This document shows, piece after piece, positions 10,761 through 22,766 of a stretch of DNA of 64,000 nucleotides. Position numbers and translations under genes: made by a program. The stretch comes from Paraspadella gotoi (taxonomy: Eukaryota > Animalia > Chaetognatha): the NCBI GenBank assembly GCA_051294375.1, contig JBJCIZ010000035.1, positions 75,282-139,281 on the forward strand, written 5' to 3'. The notes below the pieces were generated by a model that made no database searches, was not told the origin of the DNA, and worked only from the letters and a program-made list of their open reading frames with translations. Each line of letters starts with the position of its first letter. The stretch's first letter is position 1.

Positions 10761-12100
10761 TTTTTTAAATTTATGAAATTGGTACAACCAATATAAAAAT
10801 TATCCATTCATTTAATAAATAAGCTATCTTGCCCCTGACTTTGGACAGGCTTTGGTGGTTTAAGGCCTCCATCACTCTTACAAGATAATTACATAGCAGG
10901 TCCCTGCAAGCTTTCAATCAAGACTCTCTCACAGTCCCGTTTATTCACTCCCAGAGTACCTGGCTTCCCTATCAATGAAGTGGAAAATATTTCAAAGAAT
11001 GTTTCAATTGTATTGAAAAGACCACTCCCTTAAGTATTAGATCGGGGAATACTTATTGTACTTATATTACTTATATTACCTTTTAACTTATATGGTTTTA
11101 ATTTTTATATTAAAATTTATATTATCAATTTATTTATAAAAAACAATTCATAAAATTAGTACAAACAATATAACAATTATCCATTTGTTGTTAGTTTGTA
11201 AAAAATAATTAATTTATTAATTAATATATAAGAAACTAATTAATTATTGTTTTAACTAATTAATTAATTAATTATCGCTAATGATCGTCATCAGATCCAG
11301 CATTGTTTGCTTTTTTTTATTCTAAGTAAAACTAAAAACTTTCAGCTTGAATTGAAAAAACAAGAAAAAAATTTTTTTAATGCCAAATAGTAAAAAGATA
11401 TAAAATTATGGTAATATTATAATTTTTTAATAAATTACACAATTCGATTTTTACTGATTTGGAATACTACTAAAATTTTTGGATTTTTAATTGATATTTT
11501 TTTAAACAATTAGTAAAATAATATCTTCTTTATTTTAATTTAATTAATCATATTAAATTAATAAAATGTTTGATTGGAACATAAAAAAAAGAAATAGAAA
11601 AAAAGAAAGTAAAATAAAAAAATAAAGGAATACAGAAAAAGTAAGAGAGAGAAAGAGGAAAAAGAGTGAGTGAAGAGAATAAGAGTAAATAAAAAGAAAT
11701 GAAATAAAGTCATATAAAAATAAATTTTGTCCTTACTCCTTATTCTCAATAATATCCTTTTCCTAAGTATTTTTTAAAAGCTTTATCTCTTTCTCTCCCC
11801 ATTTCTTTTTTCTCTTTCTTTCTATCTCTTTCTCCCTCTCTCTCCCTCTCTCTTTTTTAAAATGTCTTGCAAAAATTGTTTAAAATATATATTTTGTTAA
11901 AAAGATTTGAAAAAAGTTAATACATATTTAAAAATAAAAAAAATGTTTTATTTATTTATTTATTAATTTTAAACATAACAAATTGAAAGTTTTTTCATGA
12001 CCCATTGATCTGAATTTTAAAAAAATAATATCAAATACAAAACTATAAATACATTTTTTAACAAAAAGCCGGAGGCATTAAGGAGGCGAACGCGGAGGCG

Positions 12101-13956
12101 NNNNNNNNNNTGCATTATTTTTTTAAATTTAATTTAATTTAAATTAATTTTATTATTTTTTCCAACTTGCATCATGTTTTTATCTTGGATCATTTTTTAA
12201 CTTGCATCATTTCTTAAACTAGCTTCATTTTTAAACTTGTATATTTTTTTTGATTTGCAATAATTTTTTAATTTGCATCATTTTTTAATTCATTTCATTT
12301 TTTTTAATTTGCATTATTTTTGAAACTTGCATCATTTTTTTAACTTCTATTATTTTTTTGATTTATAATATTTTTTTGATTTACATTATTTTTTTGATTT
12401 ACATTATTTTTTAACTTACATCATTTTTGCACCTTATATCATTTTTTTCATTTTAAATCATTTTTTATCTCGCATCATTTTTTGAATGCATAATTTTTTA
12501 ACCTATATCATTTTTCAACTTGCATCATTTTTTTTCAAATCGCAACATTTTTTAAATTGCAGCATTTTTTTAAACTTGCCTTATTTTCTTAACTTGTATA
12601 TTTTTTTAACTTGTATTATTTTTCTTTTTGTAATTTTTTAAATTTATGAAATTGGTACAACCAATATAAAAATATCCATTCATTTAATAAATAAGCTATC
12701 TTGCCCTGACTTTGGACAGGCTTTGGTGGTTTAAGGCCTCCATCACTCTTACAAGATAATTACATTGCAGGTCCCTGCAAGCTTTCAATCAAGACTCTCT
12801 CACAGTCCCGTTTATTCACTCCCAGAGTACCTGGCTTCCCTATCAATGAAGTGGAAAATATTTCAAAGAATGTTTCAATTGTATGAAAAGACCACTCCCT
12901 AAGTATTAGATCGGGGAATACTTATTGTACTTATATTACTTATATTACCTTTTAACTTATATGGTTTTAATTTTTATATTAAAATTTATATTATCAATTT
13001 ATTTATAAAAAACAATTCATAAAAATTAGTACAAACAATATAACAATTATCCATTTGTTGTTAGTTTGTAAAAAATAATTAATTTATTAATTAATATATA
13101 AGAAACTAATTAATTATTGTTTTAACTAATTAATTAATTAATTATCGCTAATGATCGTCATCAGATCCAGCATTGTTTGCTTTTTTTTATTCTAAGTAAA
13201 ACTAAAAACTTTCAGCTTGAATTGAAAAACAAGAAAAAAAATTTTTTTAATGCCAAATAGTAAAAAGATATAAAATTATGGTAATATTATAATTTTTTTA
13301 ATAAATTACACAATTCGATTTTTACTGATTTGGAAATACTACTAAAATTTTTGGATTTTTAATTGATATTTTTTAAACAATTAGTAAAATAATATCTTTC
13401 TTTATTTTAATTAATTAATCATATTAAATTAATAAAATGTTTGATTGGAACATAAAAAAAAGAAATAGAAAAAAAGAAAGTAAATAAAAAAATAAAGGAA
13501 TACAGAAAAAGTAAGAGAGAGAAAGAGGAAAAAGAGTGAGTGAAGAGAATAAGAGTAAATAAAAAGAAATGAAAAAAGTCATATAAAAATAAATTTTGTC
13601 CTTACTCCTTATTCTCAATAATATCCTTTTCCTAAGTATTTTTTAAAAGCTTTATCTCTTTCTCTCCCCATTTCTTTTTTCTCTTTCTTTCTATCTCTTT
13701 CTCTCCCTCTCTCTTTTTAAAATGTCTTGCAAAAATTGTTTAAAATATATATTTTGTTAAAAAGATTTGAAAAAAGTTAATACATATTTAAAAATAAAAA
13801 AAATGTTTTATTTATTTATTTATTAATTTTAAACATAACAATTGAAAGTTTTTTCATGACCCATGATCTGAATTTTAAAAAAATAATATCAAATACAAAC
13901 TATAAATAATTTTTTAACAAAAAGCCGGAGGCATTAAGGAGGCGAACGCGGAGGCG
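12101..13956. other. N gap followed by a near-identical duplicate of 10243-12100 (probable uncollapsed overlap)
   Basis: Copy starts exactly at the 10-N gap; differences are mostly homopolymer indels. Confidence 0.85.
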
Positions 13957-14951
13957 ATCCGGGCTAAAAAAAATGAGAGCACAACGCAAAACCGGAGGCG
14001 AGGGGGTCTCGGGAGGCGGGGCGAAATTCACCGCCTCCAGCATCCCTGGTTTGAAGAGCGATTTTTACGATTGCTTTTTGGCGATTACTTTTGAACGGAT
14101 TGTCGGATTATGATGAAATTATGCATGTAGATAATGTTCCAATTGTCTATCGAACGCTACCAAATTTGATATAAAACAATGAGTTGTTTAGAAACGATGC
14201 TCATCCCCATACTAAATAATGAATGTAAAAGAAATTATAATATTTGTCACAACTTTTTTCAAAATAAGTTTGAAATTGAATTATCAAATAAGAGGGGAAA
14301 AATTCTGCAAAAAAAATCTGCTGGAAAGCAAGCGCGCCAGTTATTATCCCTGAAATAAGACTCTGGCTAAGTATGAACTCGAAGGAATGACGGTAAGGCG
14401 TATATTGAGAAAAACGATCAAAAAAAATAATAAAAATACAGAGGCAGAAAATAGGTCTTATCGAGAAAGAGGGAAAGTAGGAAGTGAATCTGGAATGGAA
14501 AAATCTCGTGGCTGCGCGAAAACCTCGATCGAAAAGGAGGAGGAAGCGAAACAGGAGGGAGAAGAAGATCTGCGCGTCGCCTCCTCCTCCTCACGGTTAT
14601 GATGTTATATAGGAACATAAACGTCAGGGAATTTTCTAACTAATGAAATGATCAAATATCAATCATATTGAGTCAGTTAAGAGTAATAACAAATCTTTTC
14701 ATTTCACTCCGATTTGAAATCCGAGTTAATATTTTGTTCCGGAAAACACTTTTTTTAATCATTCGAGCTGATCTATTGAAGTTAGAGACGCAAACGCAAG
14801 TGGCGACGACGACGCCATCCATTTCCGTTTCTGGCGTTGAGCCACATGGTCACAAAATTATTAGATTGTTAATTTTTTTCTTTTCAAGAATTTACTGATA
14901 TAAAAGTTTGGCTGGCAAGATCACTTTAGTTTAATTTTTTTTCCCTCGCAG

Positions 14952-15257
14952 AACGACCGTATGATTCGCGCCCTTCACGACGTCAAGGCGACCGACATGG
15001 GAAATCACTTTGTCCGCTTTAAAGCTGAAGTGGACTTTGATGGTCGGGAGTTGACGCGGAGCTACTTGGACAAACAAGAACTCGATGAGCTTCTTCTGGA
15101 AATGCAGTCACTCAAGTCAATCGACGAGGCAGAGGCCTTCCTTCTCCTTCACGGCGAGAACATTGTTGACTCCCTTGGCGCAGAAGTTGACCGGATCGAG
15201 CAAAAGTTGCGAAAGGCACATCCAGAACTCAAACATGTCGACCTCGAGGTTTTGTGA
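14952..15257 (+). CDS. SLC30A9: Terminal coding exon of zinc transporter 9 (CDF family)
   Basis: Acceptor ttttccctcgcag at 14951; NDRMIRALHDVKATDMG..RFKAEVDFDGRELTRSYL..HGENIVDSLGAEVDRIE..HPELKHVDLEVL* matches the ZnT9 C-terminus; upstream exons not recognised in the window. Confidence 0.95.
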   Translation, partial: NDRMIRALHDVKATDMGNHFVRFKAEVDFDGRELTRSYLDKQELDELLLEMQSLKSIDEAEAFLLLHGENIVDSLGAEVDRIEQKLRKAHPELKHVDLEVL

Positions 15258-15408
15258 AGAAGAATACGTCTCGTCACATTTTCCCTTTAGGTCCTTCCAC
15301 TCCTTTTACAACATTTATTTGTTGAGAGAGCCCTGCCCACCGCCGCGATCTAAATCTATAAAAATCTGCCTCGTTATCGTCCTAAATTAACTCCTAGTAG
15401 TAGTAGTA

Positions 15409-15750
15409 CATGGTGACAATTTTACAAGCGCCGGTAAAAACACGCTGTAATTTGCAAACCAGTGGTCATTTCATTGATTTTAAAAATTAGTTGAGTAGAA
15501 AATATTAAAGTCATTTATGTGTTCAAATTTTATATTGATCAGTTAAGATATGCCTTGACAATGAGTGGAGAAAGTTGGCTTGTAAACTTTTAGCACTTTT
15601 TTAAACAAAGTATTTATTAAGATATTAACAATATTAATATCCTCAAAAAGCCCTTTAATAAATGAAGAGAATGATATACTTACGAAAGCTCTAACATAAA
15701 ATTTAAGCTGCCCAGCCTTGGTTCAAAAGTTAATTATTTAAAATTTTAAA
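15409..15750. mobile_element. Left part of a Tc1/mariner-like MITE (same family as 60218-61035)
   Basis: TA followed by CATGGTGACAATT terminus; interrupted at ~15754 by a Helentron-like element. Confidence 0.6.
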
Positions 15751-15753
15751 TCT

Positions 15754-17650
15754 TTTTATCGTCGCAATCGCTTAGCGTTTGCGACGATATTGTAACGCTT
15801 TTGCCCATAAGTGGCGTCGTCGTCGTCGTTGTTGTCGTCGGCTTTCCAAATTATAGATCGCCTTTTTTATAATTAAATTTGGGTTTATGAAGCTGAAAAT
15901 TTATATACAGCTTCTCATTATCGATGTGCTTAAAATTGAGGACAATAGAGTGAGGGAGAGTGGCAAGTATGTCATCCTTCAGAATCGCTTCCCCCGGGGG
16001 CGGTGCTGGGGGCGGCCCCGCGGGGTGGCTCCGCGGGGCGGCCCCGAGGGGAAGGCAAATCCTTACCGCCTAGGGGTGGCTCCCTGTAGCCACTCCAGGG
16101 GGAATCCCCAGGGGCTAGAAAAACCTTGCCCCCTGGGGCTACCCCCAGGCAGATGGATTTTCCTGCCCCCTGGAACGGCTCTCTCTCCCTCTACTCTCTC
16201 TTTTTCTCTCCCTCTCTCTCTCTCTCTTTCTCTATCTATTTTCTATTTTCATCTTTCATTACAATAAAATATAAAAATAAAAATAATATTTTTCTCTTCA
16301 ATTAATCAATCAATGAACCAATAGCTGCACCAATACCAACTTGCATAATTTGGTCACCTTGCATAATTTAGTCAATTGACATAATTTGGTCAACTGACAT
16401 AAATTGGTCAACTGATATAATTTAATCAACTTTTAAAATTTGGTAAACTTTTATAATTTGGTAAACTTTCATAATTTGGTAATTTTTTTATAATTTAGTT
16501 AACTTGCTTAATTTGGTTAACCTTCATAATTGGCTAAACTTTTATAATTTGGTAAACTTTAATAAATTGGTAAACTTTCATAATTTGGTAAACTTTCATA
16601 ATTTAATCAATTTGCATAATTAAATCAACTCGCATAATTTGGTCAATTTGTATAATTTGGTCAATTTCATAGATTTGTCAATTGGCATAAATTGGTCAAC
16701 TGGTATAAATTGGTTAATTTGCTTAATTTAGTCAACAGTCATAATTTGGTCAACTTGCATAATTTGGTCAACTTAGATAATTTGGACAACTTGGATAATT
16801 TGGTCAAATTAATTAATTTGGTCAACAATCAACTTAACAATTAGCTAATTAATAATTTTATCCGATAGAAATAAAAAAAAGAAGAGAGAAATAGAGTGCA
16901 AAAAATTTTTTAATAATGTTCAAGTAAAAGTAACTTTTGTTTTTCCATTAAAACTCACTTTCATTTTTCTACCCACACACAAAATTTTATCTTAATAATT
17001 TTATAGAATAAAGAGTAGGATGGTTTTAATTTTTTAATTCACTTATAAAAAATAATTAATTAAAAAATATTTAATTGATTAATTAATTAATATCAGTCTT
17101 TAAGTCCATCCCATATTAGCATTAAACTCCAATTATTTGTGCTTAAATAGATGGATTGGAATAAAATTTTGTGTGTGGGTATAAAAGTATGTGATTGAGC
17201 TAGATATAAAGTTTTGCTCACTCTCTCTCTCAAATCGTCAGCCTCTACTTAACAACGTGAGTTCATCTTAAGCAATCTACAAACTGACGATTATTAATTA
17301 CAAATCTTAAATAAAATAAAATTTATTTTACGATGTAGAACTCGTTTAATGTTGATGAATAGTTTTTATTTTTTTGGGGGGGGACTCCATAATTCACTAA
17401 GGAGGTCTGTCAGTCACTGCCCATTATTTGTTTGGTGATTTATTTAATTTCTTTTTAAACATCAAATTATGAATATTTTTTTTAAAAATTATGTCTCTCT
17501 ATCAGTCTATCAGTATGTCCATCCAACAAAAAAAAAAGAAAAAAAAAATTAAAAAAGAAAGATAAAAAAAAAAGAAGACAAATGACTGATTAGCTTTTTA
17601 CCACTAAATTTTCGTGGCTACGTCCTATATTGTTTGCTAAAACTTGTTTT
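15754..17650 (+). mobile_element. Helentron/DINE-1-like non-autonomous element, composite
   Basis: 5' hairpin TATCGTCGCAA..TTGCGACGATA, (GTC)n microsatellite, internal 18-bp satellite; related head at ~43134. Confidence 0.55.
16340..16830. repeat. 18-bp minisatellite (ATAATTTGGTCAACTTGC)
   Basis: Tandem units; reverse-complement arrays at 28375-28447 and 29226-29525. Confidence 0.85.
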
Positions 17651-17668
17651 TATATCTTTTAACTGAAA

Positions 17669-20600
17669 NNNNNNNNNNNNNNNNNNNNNNNNNAATATTT
17701 CAAAGAATGTTTCAAATTTGTTATTGAAAAGACCACTCCCTTTAAGTATTAGATCGGGAATAATCTTATTTGTACTCTATTATTACTTATATTACTTTTA
17801 ACTTAATGTTTTAATTTTATATACAAATTTATATTTATCAATTTATTATAAAAAACAATTCATAAAATTAGTACCAAACAATATAACAATATCCATTTGT
17901 GTTTAGTTTGTAAAAAATAATTAATTTATTAATTTAATAATATAAGAAAACTAATTAATTATTGTCTTTAACTAATGTAATTAATTCCAATTATCGCTAA
18001 TGATCGTCATCAGATCCAGATTGTTTGCTTATTTCTTATTCTAAGTAAACCTAAAAAACTTTCAGCTGAATGAAACCACACAAGAAAAAAAAATTTTTTT
18101 TAATGCCAAATAGTAAAAAAGATATAAAATTATGGTAATATTATAATTTTTTAATAAATTACACCATTCGATTCTTACTGGATTTTGCGGGAAATACTAC
18201 TAAAATTTTTTGGATTTTAATATATTTTTCTTAAACAATTAGTAAAATAATATCTTTCTTTTATTTTAATTTAATGTGAAATCATATTAAATTAATAAAA
18301 TGTTTTGATTGGAACATAAAAATAAAAGAAAATAGAAAAAAGAAAGTAAATAAAAATTAAGGAATACAGAAAAAGTAAGAGAGGAGAAAGCAGAAAACGA
18401 TTAGTAGTGAAAGAGAATAAAGAGTAAATATAAAAGGAAATGAAATAAAGTCATATAAAAAATAAATTTGTTGTCCCTTACTCCCTTATTCTCAATAATA
18501 TCCTTTCCTAAAGTATTTTAAAAAGCTTTATCTCTTTCTTCTCCCCATTTCTTTTTCTCTTTCTTTCTATCTCTTTCTCCCTCTCTTTTCCCTTCTCTTC
18601 TTTTTTTAAAATGTTCTTTGCAAAAATTGTTTAAAATATATATTTTGTTAAAAAGCATTTGAAAAAAGTTAATACATATTTACAAAAAAAAAATGTTTTT
18701 ATTTATTTATTTATAATTTTTAACATAACAAAATTTTGAAAGTTTATTTCATGAAGATCTGAATTTTAAAAAAATCATATCAAATACAAAACTATAACCT
18801 AATTTTTTAACAAAAAGCCGGGCTTAAGGAGGCGAACGCGGAGGCGATCCGGGGCTAAAAAAAAATGAGAGACAAAACGGCAGAAACCGGTAGGCGAGGG
18901 GGGTCTCGCGGAGGCGGGGAGTGGAGGCGGCGGCGAAATCACCGGCCTCCAGCATTCCCCTTGGTTTTGAAGAGCGATTTTTTACGATTGCCTTTTTGGC
19001 GACTTACTTTTGAACGGATTGTCGGATGATGATGAAATTATGCATGTAGATCAATGTTTCCAATTGTCATAAAGAACGCTACCAAATTTGGAATAAAACA
19101 ATGAGTTGTTTAGAAACGATGCTCCATCCCCAACTTAAATAATTGAATGTTTAAAAGAAATTATTTAATATTTGTCACAACTTTTTTCAAAATAAGTGTT
19201 GGGAAATGAATTATCAAATAAGAGGGAAAAACTTCTGCAAAAAAAATCTGCTGGGGAAAGCAAGCGCGCCAGTTAATTATCCTGAAATAAGACCCTCTTG
19301 GGCTAAGGGTATGAACTCGATAGGAATGACGGGTTAAGGCGTTATATTTTGAGAAAAAACCGATTCAAAAAATAATTAATAAATACAGAGGCAGAAAATA
19401 GGTCTTATCGAGAAGAGGGAAAGGTAGGAAGTGGAAGTCTGGAATGGAAAAATCTCGTGGCTGCGCGTAAAACCTCGATCGAAAAGGAGAGGAAGCGAAA
19501 CAGGAGGGGAGAAGAAGATCTGGCGCGTCGCTCCTCCTCCTCAACGGGTTATGATGTTATATAGAACAATAAACGTCAGGGAATTTTCTAAACTAATGAA
19601 ATGATCAAATATCAATCATATCTGAGTCAGTTAAGTAATAACAAAATCTTTCATTTCACTCCGATTTGAAATCGAGTTAATAGTTTTGTTCCGCGAAAAC
19701 ACTTTTTTAATCATTCGAGCTGATCTTATGAAAGTTAGAGACGCAAACGCAAGTGGCGACGACGACCGCCATCCATTTTCCGTTTCTGGCGTTGAGCCAC
19801 ATGGTCACAAAATATTAGATTGTTAATTTTTTTTCTTTTCAAGATTCACTGATAATAAAAGTTTGGGGCTGGCAGACACTTAGTTTAATTTTTTTTCCCT
19901 CGCAGAAACGACCGTATGAATTCGCGCCCTCTCAGACGTCAAGGGCGACCGACTATGGGAAATCACTTTGTCCGCTTTAAAGCTGAAGTGGACTTTGATG
20001 GTCGGGAGTGACGCGGAGCTACTTGGACAAACAAGAACTTCGATGAGCTTCTTCTGGAAATGCCCAGGTCCACTCAAGTCAATCGACGAGCAGAGGCCTT
20101 CCTTCTCCTTCACTGGCGAGAACCTTGTTGACTCCCCTGGCCAGAAGATTGACCGGATCGCCAGCAAAAGTTGCGACAAGGCACATCCAGAACTCAAACC
20201 ATGTCACTCGATGTTTGTGAAGGAAAGAATATACGTCTCGTCACATTTTTCCCTTTAGTCCCTTCCCACTCCTTTTACAACCATTTATTTGTGAGAGAGC
20301 CCTGCCCCGACCGCCGCGATTCTAAATCTATAAAAATCTGCCCGTTATCGTCCTAAAATTAAACTCCTCAGTATTAGATAGTTACATCGGTGACAATTTT
20401 ACAAGCGCCGGTAAAAAACACGACTGTAATTTCCAAACCAGTGGTCATTTCATTGATTTTAAAAATTAGTGATGAGAAAATATTAAAGTCATTTATGTGT
20501 TCAAATCTTTATATGATCAGTTAAGATATGCCTTGACAACAATGAGTGGAGAAAGTTGGCTTGTAAACTTTTTAGCACTTTTTTAAACAAAGTAATTTAT

Positions 20601-22766
20601 TTAAGATATTTAACAATATTATATCCTCTTCAAAAGCCCTTTAATAATTGAAGAGAAATGACTATACTTACGAAAGCTCTAACATAAAATTTAAGCTGCC
20701 CAGCCATTGGTTCAAAAGTTAAATTATTTAAAATTTTTTAAATCTTTTTATTTTCGTCGCCAAATCGCTTAGCGTTTGCGACGAATATTTGTAACGCTTT
20801 TTGCCCATAAAGCTGCGTCGCGGCGTTGTCTGGTCGTCGGTTTCCAAATACTAGATCGCCTTTTTTATTAATTAAATTTGGGTTTATGAAGCTGAAAATA
20901 TATACGCTTCTCATTATCCGATGTGCCTTAAAATTTGAGGACAATAGAGTGGAGCGGAGAGTTTGGCAAGTATTCGTCATCCTTCAGAATCTGCCTTTCC
21001 CCCGGGGCGGTGCTTGGGGGCGGCCCGCGGGGTGGCCTCCGGCGGGGCGGCCCGAGGGGAAGGCAAATCCTTTACCGCCTAGGGGTTGGCCTCCCTGTAG
21101 CCCACTCCAGGGGAATCCCCCCAGGGGGCTAGGAAAAACCTTTGCCCCCTGGGGGCTACCCCAGGCAGATGGATTTTCCTGCCCCCCTGGAAACAGGCTC
21201 TCTCTCCTCTTAACTCTCTTCTTTTTCTCTCCCTCTCTCTCTCCCTCTTTCTCTATCTATTTTCTATTTTCATCTTTCATTACAATAAAATTATAAAAAT
21301 AAAAATAATATTTTTTTCTCTTCAATTAATCAATCAATGAACCAATAGCTGCAACCCAATACCAACTTGCACATAATTTGGTCAACCTTGCATCTTATTC
21401 AGGGTCAATTGACATAATTTGGTCAACTGACATAACATTGGGTCATACTGATATAATTTTTAATCAACTTTTTAAAAATCTGATGTAAACTTTTATAATT
21501 TGGTAAACACAAAACTTTCATAATTTGGTAATTTTTTTTCATAATTCTAGTTAACTTGCTTAATGGTAACCTTCATAATTTCGGCTAAACTTTATAATTT
21601 CGGTAAACTATTAATAAATTGCGTAAACTTTTCATAACTTTGTGTAAAACTTTCATAATTTAATTCAATTTGCATAATTAAATCAACTCGCATTAATTGT
21701 TGTCAATTTGCACTATATTTGCGTCAATTTTCATATGATTTGTCAATTGGCCATAAATTGGATCAACTTGGTAAATTGTTAATTTGGCTCTAATTTGTCA
21801 ACAGTCATATTGGTCAACTTGCATAATTTGCGTCAAACTTTAGATAATTTGGAACAACTTGGATAATTTTGGTTTCAATTAATTTAATTTGCGTCAACCA
21901 ACAACTTAAACAATTAGCTAATTAAAATAATTTTATCCGATAGAAATAAAAAAAAGAAGAGAGAAATATTAGTGCAAAAAATTTTTTTAATAATGGTCAA
22001 AGTAAATAGAACTTTGTTTTCCATTTAAAAACTCACTTTCATTTTCTACCACACACAATAAATTTTATCTTAATAATTTTATAGAATTAAAGAGTAGATG
22101 TTTTAATTTTTTTAATTCACTTATAAAAATAATTAATTTAAGAAAATATTAATTAATTAATTAATTCAATATCAGTCTTAAGTCCATCCCCATATTAGCG
22201 CATATAAACTCAATTTATTTGTGCTTAAATATATGGAGCGAATAAAATTTCTGTGTGTGGTATAAAATATGTGATTGAGCCTAGATATAAAGTATTTTGC
22301 TCACTCTCTCTCTAAATCGATCAGGCCTCTATTAACAACGTTGATTTCATCTTTAAGCAATCTACCAAATGACGATTATTAATTACAAATCTTAAATAAA
22401 TAAAATTTATTTTACGATGTAGAACTCGTTTTAAATGTTGATGAAATAGTTTTTATTTTTGGGGGGACTCCATAATTCACTAAGGGAGGCTCTGTCATCC
22501 ATTGCCCCATTATTTTGTTTGGTGATTATTTAATTTCTTTAATCATCAAATTAATGCAATATTTTTTTTTTTAAAAAATTTATGTCTCTCTATCAGTCTA
22601 TCAGTATGTCCATCCAACAAAGAAAAAAAAGAAAAAAATTAAAAAAGAAAGATAAAAAAAAAAAGAAGGACAAATGACTTGATTAGCTTGTTATACACTA
22701 ACATTTTTCGTGCTACGCCCTATAATTGTTTGCCCTAAAACTTGTTTTTATATCTTTTAACTGAAA
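17669..22766. other. N gap followed by an indel-rich duplicate of ~12857-17668 (probable raw long-read gap fill)
   Basis: Colinear copy with dense single-base insertions and deletions starting right at the gap. Confidence 0.88.
19906..20220 (+). pseudogene. SLC30A9: Frameshifted copy of the SLC30A9 terminal exon (probably artefactual)
   Basis: Colinear with 14952-15257, many indels, lies inside the noisy duplicate. Confidence 0.7.

Larger units (their letters stand above)
9522..14048. mobile_element. Non-autonomous hAT element (length inflated by a gap-flanking duplication)
   Basis: TIRs CAGAGATGC/GCATCCCTG, perfect 8-bp TSD GTTTGAAG, many subterminal GGAGGCG motifs, internal ~19-bp minisatellite. 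Confidence 0.87.

Noticed and set aside
14387-14602. K/E-rich ORF upstream of the SLC30A9 exon
   Set aside because: No similarity to the expected upstream ZnT9 sequence; composition-driven
16340-16830. Regular short repeats resembling a CRISPR array (also 29226-29525 and 57870-58045)
   Set aside because: Head-to-tail minisatellites without unique spacers, eukaryotic context, no cas genes
17694-22766. Apparent tandem duplication including a second SLC30A9 exon
   Set aside because: Starts at an N gap and differs almost only by scattered indels, typical of an unpolished long read
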